DNA of 32,000 nucleotides from Fastidiosibacter lacustris (GTDB taxonomy: Bacteria; Pseudomonadota; Gammaproteobacteria; Francisellales; Francisellaceae). Of this stretch, positions 23,727 to 31,335 are shown piece by piece (position 1 is the stretch's first letter; each line of letters opens with the position of its first letter). Below the pieces are notes generated by a model, which saw only the letters and a program-made list of their open reading frames with translations, did not search any database and had not been told where the DNA came from. A program made the position numbers and the translations under genes. The stretch is from assembly GCF_003428155.1 (NCBI RefSeq), contig NZ_QLIR01000012.1, forward strand, positions 31,917-63,916. Reading direction: 5' to 3'.

Positions 23727-25208
23727 ATGACTAGAAAAAATAATTGGAAAACACCCATCCCATTATCGCATATATCAGCAAAGCAAGCTGATTATCCGCT
23801 TGATGCTTTACCTGATATTATCAAAGATGCTATCCAGTCTTATGCCGAGTACGGGCAGCAACCCATTCCATTATTAGCTAATAGCGCCCTGTCTAATGTC
23901 TCACTAAGCTGCCAAGGGCTAGCCAATGTTGCACGTGATGATGTGCTGACCAGCCCTGTCTCCATGTACTTTATTACGGTTGCATCCAGTGGTGAGCGTA
24001 AAACGGCGGCTGATAAAGTCTTTAGCAAAGGTGTTGAGGATTGGCAAAATAAGACAACGAAAACCATGATGCCAGAATATACGCGCATCAAAAATGAATA
24101 CACTACTTGGTCAATCAAGCGCAAAGGATTGCTAATGATGATTAGACGTTTAGCTACTCAAGGTTATGAAACAGATCAATATGATGGTTACTATGATCAA
24201 GTAATGCTTGAAGAACCAGAAATACCTTTATTGCCTAAACTTAAATATGAGGACATCACCGCAGAAGCTTTAAGCGAAAACTTAGCAAAGGAATATCCAA
24301 GCACAAGTATTTGGTCAGACGAGGCAGGCATTTCCTTATCAAGCCCAAGTATGCAAAAAGACAACACAAAGTTTGTTGCCTTACTAAACCGGCTATGGGA
24401 TGCGCAACCCATAGCCGTACATCGTAAAACAACCGGTGATCTATTCATCAAAGATCGGCGGTTTACACTGAACCTAATGATGCAACCACTATTGTTAGAA
24501 CAAATGCTCAAAAAAGGTGATGGCATTAATAGAAACAGTGGTTTTCTTGCACGAACCTTATTAGCTTACCCTACTTCAACAATGGGCAATCGATATTACA
24601 AAGAGCCATTCAAGAACGTCACTGAACATCTTGATAAATTTCACAGGCGCATTAAAACCTGTCTGAGCAACACTCAGCCAGTTGATAAATACGGTTTTGG
24701 ATACATTCCAACGCTTATCTTTAGCAAAACAGCTAAAGAAGCATGGGTGAAATACTTTAATTATATTGAAACCGCTATCGCCAACGAATACCACTGGCAA
24801 TCAATCCATGACTTGGCATCTAAAGCCAGTGAGAATATTGCAAGGCTAGCTGCCCTATTCCATTTATTTACAGGTAAACAAGGCACTGAAATATCTGCTG
24901 AACACATCGAGTCTGCTTATCAGATTATCGAATGGCATTTAAATGAAGCTAAACGCATCTTTGGAGAAACCAAACTGACACAGGTTGAGCACGATGCCAA
25001 GTTAATAATTGACGCCATCATCTCAAAGAATATTGTTGAAACCACTTCACGCGAGATTTTACGTGTCACACCCGTCCGTGACAAAAGCAGACGAGATCAA
25101 GCAATTAAGCTACTTGAGAAGTCGAATTACCTTATTTCAACGCCAGATGCTAAGCGCACAAAGATCATCTTTCACCCAACGCTATTCAAAACCTCTGTGA
25201 CAGTTTGA
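23727..25208 (+). CDS. DUF3987 (YfjI-like) protein
   Basis: The N-terminus WKTPIPLS...ADYPLDALPDIIKDAIQSYAEYGQQPIPLLANSALSNVSLS is typical of DUF3987 proteins, followed by SSGERKTAADKVF. Size is 493 aa. Confidence 0.7.
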   Translation: MTRKNNWKTPIPLSHISAKQADYPLDALPDIIKDAIQSYAEYGQQPIPLLANSALSNVSLSCQGLANVARDDVLTSPVSMYFITVASSGERKTAADKVFSKGVEDWQNKTTKTMMPEYTRIKNEYTTWSIKRKGLLMMIRRLATQGYETDQYDGYYDQVMLEEPEIPLLPKLKYEDITAEALSENLAKEYPSTSIWSDEAGISLSSPSMQKDNTKFVALLNRLWDAQPIAVHRKTTGDLFIKDRRFTLNLMMQPLLLEQMLKKGDGINRNSGFLARTLLAYPTSTMGNRYYKEPFKNVTEHLDKFHRRIKTCLSNTQPVDKYGFGYIPTLIFSKTAKEAWVKYFNYIETAIANEYHWQSIHDLASKASENIARLAALFHLFTGKQGTEISAEHIESAYQIIEWHLNEAKRIFGETKLTQVEHDAKLIIDAIISKNIVETTSREILRVTPVRDKSRRDQAIKLLEKSNYLISTPDAKRTKIIFHPTLFKTSVTV

Positions 25209-25308
25209 CAATTGTGACAATAACAATATAAACCTTATAATTCTATAGTTTTATAATCCTATAATTATCAAATAAGATCATGACAATAGTTCAAATCACT
25301 TTGACAAT
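25198..25308. repeat. Iteron-like repeat array
   Basis: TGACA(G/A)T occurs at 25198, 25206, 25215, 25281 and 25302. Two abutting 16-mers, TTATAATTCTATAGTT (25235-25250) and TTATAATCCTATAATT (25251-25266), are 14/16 identical. Confidence 0.6.
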
Positions 25309-25419
25309 GCCACAATCAAGGTCATTATGCAACCATCTTAAATTGATTCGTGATTTTAGTTTGACTTACCCACTTCTTAATAGTAGAAATGCAACAATCA
25401 TAATGAATAGCCGTTAAGC

Positions 25420-25683
25420 ATGGCAGCAAAGCAAAAGAAAAAGCGTAATAAGAAATATACACCTAAACGCCACATAGGGTGGATTGGTTATGGCTATATC
25501 GAATACGGCAATTATGGCTGTTACTTTGAGGTAAGGTTTGACCACCTTAACAAAGAGATCAGGAAAGATGATGATTTTGGTGGGTTTGTAATTGATGTTT
25601 TGGACGAATTTGCAAAAGAGGATGGCATCACATCAGAAGCCACCAATCTGAAAATGTTGAGTTGGATTGAGTGGTGCAAGTAG
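25420..25683 (+). CDS. Hypothetical protein (87 aa, basic N-terminus)
   Basis: ORF downstream of the repeat array, with N-terminus MAAKQKKKRNKKYTPKRH. No motif recognised. Confidence 0.45.
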   Translation: MAAKQKKKRNKKYTPKRHIGWIGYGYIEYGNYGCYFEVRFDHLNKEIRKDDDFGGFVIDVLDEFAKEDGITSEATNLKMLSWIEWCK

Positions 25684-25685
25684 TT

Positions 25686-26000
25686 CTAGCTCGCCTTTAA
25701 GGTTATCGTATAATCTAAGCCAGCAGTATATAGTTGATCTTCCAAAAGACGAGAAATAAAGAACTCTTTAGGATGTTTTAGATACTCAGCAAACTTTAAA
25801 GCAAGCTCAACATCCACCTTACGCTCACCACTTTCAATATTGCATAGGTATTGTCGACTTATACCAATAGAGCGAGCCATTTCAGCCTGAGAAACATTTT
25901 CACACATGCGTAACGACTTTACCATATCACCAAAATATAGATGTCCTGTTATTTCAGATATAGCCTGAGATGCACTTAATTTATTTTCACTAATATTCAT
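25686..26000 (-). CDS. XRE-family HTH antitoxin
   Basis: MVKSLRMCENVSQAEMARSIGISRQYLCNIESGERK is a canonical HTH_3. It overlaps the upstream toxin gene by 11 nt. Confidence 0.75.
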   Translation of the reverse strand: MNISENKLSASQAISEITGHLYFGDMVKSLRMCENVSQAEMARSIGISRQYLCNIESGERKVDVELALKFAEYLKHPKEFFISRLLEDQLYTAGLDYTITLKAS

Positions 26001-26280
26001 GTTTGTTTACCTCTATTATCTCAAGATAGCTAACTTCAATTCTGCCGTTTTCATGTTCAACATAAAAAGCACGGTACGCTTTGTTTAAACGAATTGACCG
26101 CTGTCCAGTTCTGTCACCTTTTAACGGTTCATCATGGTATGAGCTTATTTGTCTAACCTCTATAACACCATATTGCTCAACCATCAAAACCCACGTATTT
26201 AGCTTATCAATTATATGCCTTGGTATTTTTCTTAGCGATTTTGCCACTTTCCTGTCAATTATAACTTTGTTTATATTCAT
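25990..26280 (-). CDS. RelE/ParE-superfamily toxin (toxin-first, HigB-like organisation)
   Basis: HDEPLKGDRTGQRSIRLNKAYRAFYVEHENGRIEVSYLEIIEVNKHEY fits the RelE-type C-terminal signature (LkG...g-rSiRin-yR-iY...i-I-i-H-Y). Confidence 0.75.
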   Translation of the reverse strand: MNINKVIIDRKVAKSLRKIPRHIIDKLNTWVLMVEQYGVIEVRQISSYHDEPLKGDRTGQRSIRLNKAYRAFYVEHENGRIEVSYLEIIEVNKHEY

Positions 26281-26476
26281 CTAACTAAAGCATAGTAACT
26301 GATATAAATATAATTGTATCCTGATTTGGATACTTTTACAAATGTTGATGTCAACTTAGACTGTAACCCCTTGATGTCAGGCAACATCAATATATCTGTC
26401 AGATTTAAGTTGGTATTTGCTTTAGTTGGCACTTTGAAATCAATATCAAAGGGCAAGCTTGACAGCATCTACACCT

Positions 26477-26764
26477 TCAAGCTGCGATAGGGTTAACAGG
26501 TGTATGTTTCTGTTTTGCGTTCCATAAATCGTAGGCTAATTGTAAGTTTAACCAAAATTCAGCCTCCATATTAAACGCTTCAGCAAATGCTAAAGCAGTA
26601 TCAGCAGTAATTCCTCGCTTGCCATTTACAATTTCGTTAATCCTTGCATATGTCCACCCTAAATGTTTTGCAAATTTTGACTGCGTTATCCCCATTGGTT
26701 CCAAAAAGTCTTTCAAAAGAATTTCACCGGCATGGGTTGGTTGTCTTGTGGTTGGAAGTCTCAT
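26477..26764 (-). CDS. higA: HigA antitoxin (HTH)
   Basis: PTHAGEILLKDFLEPMGITQSKFAKHLGWTYARINEIVNGKRGITADTALAFAEAF is the classic HigA signature. I start at ATG 26764 because GAGGAG lies 7 nt upstream; the track's TTG 26779 overlaps the higB stop. Confidence 0.85.
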   Translation of the reverse strand: MRLPTTRQPTHAGEILLKDFLEPMGITQSKFAKHLGWTYARINEIVNGKRGITADTALAFAEAFNMEAEFWLNLQLAYDLWNAKQKHTPVNPIAA

Positions 26765-26775
26765 TTTATCACTCC

Positions 26776-27066
26776 TCAATGGTAATCAACAATATCAACG
26801 TCTACCGCACTATTCTTAACCAACTTGAATATAATACGATACTGATTATTAATCCGTATTGACCAACAATCTGACAGCTTGCCCTTTAGTTTTTCCAATT
26901 TATTATTTGGCGGCACATTCAAGTCTTCAATCTTAGTGACAGCATTTAGCTGATCCAATTTTCTAACTGCAAGTGAATGTAGATTTGTTGGAAGCTTTCT
27001 AGAATATCTAGTAGATACTCCATTAAACACATCTTCAGCCATCTTACTATTAAAATTCTTAATCAA
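26776..27066 (-). CDS. higB: HigB toxin (plasmid maintenance system killer family)
   Basis: TTG start. The N-terminus MIKNFNSKMAEDVFNG and the C-terminus LSDCWSIRINNQYRIIFK are typical of HigB (PF05015-type). It lies directly upstream of higA. Confidence 0.85.
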   Translation of the reverse strand: MIKNFNSKMAEDVFNGVSTRYSRKLPTNLHSLAVRKLDQLNAVTKIEDLNVPPNNKLEKLKGKLSDCWSIRINNQYRIIFKLVKNSAVDVDIVDYH

Positions 27067-27139
27067 AGCTCGATATCACTTGGTGTTTTTTAAATTATAT
27101 ATCGATATGCAATATATGTCAATCTCTGATCTGATATAA

Positions 27140-27167
27140 CTCCCATAAAACTATAGTTTGGTGGGAG
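27140..27167. promoter_or_regulatory. Candidate resolvase crossover site (28-bp imperfect palindrome)
   Basis: CTCCCATAAAACTA|TAGTTTGGTGGGAG; the half-sites match 12/14. A further direct half-site ACTCCCACAAA lies at 27282-27292, 70 nt upstream of the resolvase start. Confidence 0.35.
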
Positions 27168-27361
27168 CATACATCCACAGCCAACGTGCACCTTTGTGTG
27201 ACTCGTTAAATGTCTGCATAAAATTCTTTTGTTATAGCCACTTGATCTAAATACACACGACAATTTTAAATACTTTAAAACACTCCCACAAAGTTGTTCC
27301 ATTTTTATTTTTGTGTCATAATTGATTTCTATATATTTTATGGAGCAAATGCGTTTTAATT

Positions 27362-27970
27362 ATGATTTATGGATATGCACGAGTGTCAACTCAAGATCAA
27401 AACCTTGATATGCAAATTGAATCACTCAACAAGTATCACTGTGACGAAATTATCACAGAAAAGAAAAGTGGCACTTCGCTAGAGCGCCCTGCTTTCAAGA
27501 AACTACTTGATACCTTGCGAAAAGATGACACGCTTATCGTGTATAAACTCGATCGCATCAGCAGATCAACCAAGCATATGATTACGCTATCAGATCACTT
27601 TAAATCTAAACAAATTAAGTTTGTATCTATCAAAGATCAGATTGACACTGCCACGCCAATGGGTGAATTCTTCTTTACGGTAACAACGGCACTAGGACAA
27701 CTTGAGCGCGACATTTTAAGCATGCGTGTCAAGGATGGGATTGAAGCTGCTAAAAACCGTGGTGTTAAGTGTGGGCGACAACCAGGAATGACCTTAGAAA
27801 ACAAAAGAAAATGTGCTTATGCTTATGACATTATTACAAAGCTTAAAAAAAATGATAAGACATCAGTCGCTCAAATTCTTAAAGATCAAGGCATTGCACG
27901 CAACACCTATTATCGCTATGTGAATGGGTATAAACAAAAATCGCCTGAAACTCAGGGCGAGTTGTTTTAA
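27362..27970 (+). CDS. Serine recombinase (resolvase/invertase family)
   Basis: MIYGYARVSTQDQNLDMQ contains the catalytic Ser. LIVYKLDRISRS is present. The C-terminal HTH is GIARNTYYRY. Size is 202 aa. Confidence 0.9.
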   Translation: MIYGYARVSTQDQNLDMQIESLNKYHCDEIITEKKSGTSLERPAFKKLLDTLRKDDTLIVYKLDRISRSTKHMITLSDHFKSKQIKFVSIKDQIDTATPMGEFFFTVTTALGQLERDILSMRVKDGIEAAKNRGVKCGRQPGMTLENKRKCAYAYDIITKLKKNDKTSVAQILKDQGIARNTYYRYVNGYKQKSPETQGELF

Positions 27971-27998
27971 TTTGTATTAGTCTAGATATAATCTGACA

Positions 27999-28072
27999 CT
28001 CATCTTGACTTAGATGAGGTTGCCTGTTTTGATAAACGTGAAAGAAAACAAATCAAAAACAGGAGCAACCTC
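27999..28072 (+). promoter_or_regulatory. Alternative hairpins sequestering the transposase SD
   Basis: Hairpin 1: CTCATCT (27999-28005) pairs with AGATGAG (28012-28018). Hairpin 2: GAGGTTGCCTGTTTTGA (28016-28032) pairs with TCAAAAACAGGAGCAACCTC (28053-28072). Hairpin 2 contains AGGAG and ends at the ATG. The two hairpins share GAG, so they are mutually exclusive. Confidence 0.5.
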
Positions 28073-28324
28073 ATGTTGGATACTAATAGTAAATTAATCA
28101 AAAATAAAGTCGGCTTGTTAAATTTAGCAGAGGAACTAGGCAATATTTCCAAAGCATGTAAGGTAATGGGTTTCTCACGAGAGACCTTTTATCGTTATCA
28201 AGAAGCGGTAAAAGATCGTGGTATTGAAGCTTTACTGGATAAAAACAGACGTGTGCCTAATTTCAAAAATCGCGTTGATAAAGTGATTGAAAAAGCAGTT
28301 GTTGAATATGCACCGTCATATTAA
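28073..28324 (+). pseudogene. Truncated IS481-family transposase (N-terminal HTH fragment, 83 aa)
   Basis: LLNLAEELGNISKACKVMGFSRETFYRYQEAVKDRGIEALLDKNRRVPNFKNRVDKVIEKAVVEYA matches the N-terminal HTH region of IS481-type transposases. The DDE core is absent. Confidence 0.6.
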
Positions 28325-28534
28325 AGGAATAAAACTTGCCTAAGCTAAAACTTTGCACCGTCATGAATAATTGAATTCTTTAAGTTGATAAGGTATTTTA
28401 GGCATCAAATTTAATAAAGGTACAAGCAATCAGCTCAACAAATACAATTTATAACAACATTCCTTTTGTTAAAAAGAAAATTAATTAATAGAATGAAATA
28501 GCAAGCATAAATTATTTGCGATAAAGGTTAATTT

Positions 28535-28894
28535 ATGAATAAACTTAGAAAAAGATTATATCTGATTATAATTTGCATATGTGGCATAAGCTTTAATGCC
28601 TTTGCTTCATCAAATATTGACGTAGCTTCAGTTCAAGTTGTTAATTTAACTGATAACATTATGATTAGAGATTATGCTAAAGAAATAATTGACAAAAATA
28701 ACATCCCCTATAAAACCATAGCCGAATTATATAATCAAATCATTAGCAATAGGAACGATTTATTATTCCGTTATGATGGTAAATCCTTAATTTCTGCTAG
28801 TCAAAAATATCAAGATGATAAACTAATAACTGTTAGAATCATTAAAAAAACAAAGGTTATCGAGGGAGTTTCTATTGAGTATGATGAAAAATAA
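28535..28894 (+). CDS. Small secreted protein (119 aa, Sec signal peptide)
   Basis: MNKLRKRLYLIIICICGISFNAFA|SS is a signal-peptide-like N-terminus. The gene lies in very AT-rich DNA and overlaps the next ORF by 20 nt. Confidence 0.5.
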   Translation: MNKLRKRLYLIIICICGISFNAFASSNIDVASVQVVNLTDNIMIRDYAKEIIDKNNIPYKTIAELYNQIISNRNDLLFRYDGKSLISASQKYQDDKLITVRIIKKTKVIEGVSIEYDEK

Positions 28895-29783
28895 ATTAAA
28901 GCATAAGAGTCTATTTTTGATGACTATTACTACTACCATTGTTCATTCAGCAAATGCAATTGCATTAAACACTAAATCAGAAGATAAATATGGTGTATTC
29001 TTCTGTACAAGAGACTTATCACAAGAATTGTATGAGCAAATTGAAAAAGGGAAAATAGCTTCATCTATATTCTTATCAACATCTTCCTCATCTGCTATAG
29101 CTTCTAGCTTACTCAGTTCATTATCTTTTAAAATTATTCTTCCTGCTAGCATTGCTTCAGGTGCAGGGGTTGCTTATTTATCGACTAACTTTGTTCATGA
29201 TTGGTATAAAAAAGGGTTTTACCAAAAAGTAACAGAGAGTTTGAATTCTATTAGTAGTGTAAGCATGAGTGGACTTCATAATAATTATGTTAACGTAAAT
29301 GACACAGTTCTGATGGGTAATACTTATAGACATTGTTCCGTTCTATTAGCTCAATACAATGATGAACAAGAAGGTCGTATTCGCTTAAAAAGTTTTGATA
29401 CAAAGGGTTTTTTTCAAGATGAAAAAGGCTCTTCTCCCTTGTATGGAAACCAAAATACGGCGGTAGATAGAAATGACCTTTTGGATAGTTCTACTGTATG
29501 TACGTTAGTAAAAAAAGCAAAAGACAAAAGAGAATATTTTAATTTAAGAGCTGAAATTTTTGACTTTTTCTCTTTTGAAACAGATAAAGGTTACAGTTTG
29601 ACAGAACGAAACTGTTGTACTGTCACGTATAATGCTGTGAAAAAAATAGACGGTAATACAAATGTAATCGACAATTCAAGCTTTAATCATGGAATTGGTA
29701 TGCCTCATGATAAATCTTGGTTTTCATTTTTAGCTGCATCGCTAGAAGATGAGAAAAATGAAAAAACAACAGATGATTTATAA
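28875..29783 (+). CDS. Exported protein with a Ser-rich hydrophobic segment and a PPPDE/DeSI-like (permuted papain) Cys-His motif
   Basis: TTG 28875 follows GAGGGAG at 6 nt; ATG 28881 is an alternative start. Signal-like LFLMTITTTIVHSANA. TYRHCSVLLAQY (His box) and YSLTERNCCTVTYNAVKKI resemble the PPPDE motifs H-t-g-V and Y-ll-NCNhF. This is motif-level evidence only. Confidence 0.5.
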   Translation: MSMMKNKLKHKSLFLMTITTTIVHSANAIALNTKSEDKYGVFFCTRDLSQELYEQIEKGKIASSIFLSTSSSSAIASSLLSSLSFKIILPASIASGAGVAYLSTNFVHDWYKKGFYQKVTESLNSISSVSMSGLHNNYVNVNDTVLMGNTYRHCSVLLAQYNDEQEGRIRLKSFDTKGFFQDEKGSSPLYGNQNTAVDRNDLLDSSTVCTLVKKAKDKREYFNLRAEIFDFFSFETDKGYSLTERNCCTVTYNAVKKIDGNTNVIDNSSFNHGIGMPHDKSWFSFLAASLEDEKNEKTTDDL

Positions 29784-29874
29784 GATCAATATCAACCCAA
29801 CTTTTTTATTAACCTTAACTTTTTATCAACGCTATACCTACCATTATACTGACAGGCTGTGTCTTAGACTACTT

Positions 29875-29912
29875 GGGGTTCTGTTGCTCTGGCACGACTT
29901 TGGTCCATTCGT
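29875..29912 (+). repeat. 38-nt relic repeat, copy B (begins GGGG)
   Basis: See copy A at 9039-9076. 31/38 nt are identical, and four of the codon differences are synonymous third-position changes. Confidence 0.6.
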
Positions 29913-30041
29913 CTATTTATTAAACAAAATATCTTGCTTAAATATAACCACTAAGAATGTTGATACCGTAATTGGCGTTTATTGATGTAGTTGTTAAGGT
30001 GGTCGAGTAAGCCAGAGGAACTTCCCCTCTAACTTCTCACG

Positions 30042-30075
30042 GAACCGTACGTGACAGTCTCCTGTCATACGGCTC
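30042..30075 (-). ncRNA. Group II intron catalytic domain V
   Basis: The minus strand reads GAGCCGTATGACAGGAGACTGTCACGTACGGTTC: the AGC triad, a 2-nt bulge position and a GNRA-type apical region. It is a near-textbook 34-nt domain V and sits immediately 3' of the RT stop codon. Confidence 0.9.
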
Positions 30076-31335
30076 TTATTGTACAACCTTTTGTTGGCTC
30101 AATTGCCAATGTGTATAAAGATTGGGCTGCCTCGCTCTTACTCCTGCCAACCACTCTCTTGCCTTAGCTTTACTTGTTTTGAGCTTTTTAAATTTCCTTT
30201 TTGCCCATCTCACTAAAGCATAATCAAGTTGATTAGCTATTTTATACGTTGAGGATTTTTGATACTTTCCATAGTAGTTTATCCATCCTCTCGTTTTAGA
30301 ATTGATAAGTTCAGCAATACTTTCCAGAGATTGATTTGACCAAAGCTGCATTTTCCAACCTTTTATCTGATCACTGATTTTCCCTTGAGCTTTCTTGCTC
30401 ATTGCTGGATTAAAACCAACAAAGAAATTCCCTCTCTTTGCTTTGACCAATCGAGGTCGGAAAGTGTATCCCAGAAAATCAAACTGCTGGTTCACATAAC
30501 TTCCACTACGCTTACCATCTTTACAGTATACAATTTTTGATTTTTCTGGGTGTAGTTTTAGTGTACATGCTTCAAGTCTGGCTTCAAGAGCCTTTTTGAG
30601 CCGTTCAGCTTCTGATTGGAATCTACAATGGTAGATGGCATCATCTGCATACCGCTCAAATGTGACCATTGGAAAGTTCTTTTTCACCCATCTGTCTAAA
30701 GCATAATGAAGAAATAGATTGGCAAGTATTGGACTGATCACACCACCTTGCGGTGTTCCTGATAAGTTCTGTACACATTTGCCATCAATTTCAACTGGCG
30801 CTTTAAGCCAACGTTGTATATAGAGGATAACCCACTTACACTTGATATGCTTGCATACTGCTTTCATTAACAAGTCATGATCAATGTTGTCGAAAAATCC
30901 TTGGATGTCTATATCAACAACCCAATCATATTGCCAACATCGTTGCCTTGCCAAGCCAACCGCATCAAGCGCTGATTTCCCAGGTCTATAACCGTAAGAG
31001 TCATTATCAAAGTGAACCTCTAACTCAGGTTCGATCATGATTTTAACAACCATCTGAGCTATCCTATCTGATACCGTAGGAATTCCTAGCGGTCTGGTTT
31101 TACCATCCCCCTTGGGAATCTCTACCCGTTTAACCGCAGGTGGAAAGTAGCTTCCAGAAGACATTCTATTCCATATTTTGAATAAATTTCCCGATAGATT
31201 TCTATCAAACTCGCTCAGAGATTGATCATCCACCCCTGCTGCGCCTTTGTTTGCTTTGACTCTTTTATACGCTTCCCAAACAGTGTGCTTAGGAATATCA
31301 AAAGGTTTTGTTGATGTCAAATTCATTCCTCCCAT
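30076..31335 (-). CDS. Group II intron reverse transcriptase/maturase (no C-terminal HNH endonuclease domain evident)
   Basis: RT blocks RPLGIPTVSDRIAQ, DIDIQGFFDNIDH, GTPQGGVISPILANLFL, and YADDAIYHC (YADD). X/maturase region GWINYYG. At 419 aa it ends at domain V with no room for an En domain. The start is ambiguous (ATG 31335, ATG 31326 or TTG 31320). Confidence 0.9.
   Translation of the reverse strand: MGGMNLTSTKPFDIPKHTVWEAYKRVKANKGAAGVDDQSLSEFDRNLSGNLFKIWNRMSSGSYFPPAVKRVEIPKGDGKTRPLGIPTVSDRIAQMVVKIMIEPELEVHFDNDSYGYRPGKSALDAVGLARQRCWQYDWVVDIDIQGFFDNIDHDLLMKAVCKHIKCKWVILYIQRWLKAPVEIDGKCVQNLSGTPQGGVISPILANLFLHYALDRWVKKNFPMVTFERYADDAIYHCRFQSEAERLKKALEARLEACTLKLHPEKSKIVYCKDGKRSGSYVNQQFDFLGYTFRPRLVKAKRGNFFVGFNPAMSKKAQGKISDQIKGWKMQLWSNQSLESIAELINSKTRGWINYYGKYQKSSTYKIANQLDYALVRWAKRKFKKLKTSKAKAREWLAGVRARQPNLYTHWQLSQQKVVQ

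Noticed and set aside
26277-27302. Minus-strand ORFs 26277-26468 (63 aa) and 27090-27302 (70 aa).
   Set aside because: Both fall in promoter/operator or res intergenic regions upstream of TA operons. Neither has an SD or a recognisable motif. The second overlaps the palindromic candidate res site.
29281-29297. pdif/XerD-like half site TTATGTTAAC.
   Set aside because: No XerC-like arm (ATTTCGCATAA-type) sits at the required 6-nt spacing, and the sequence lies inside a coding region.
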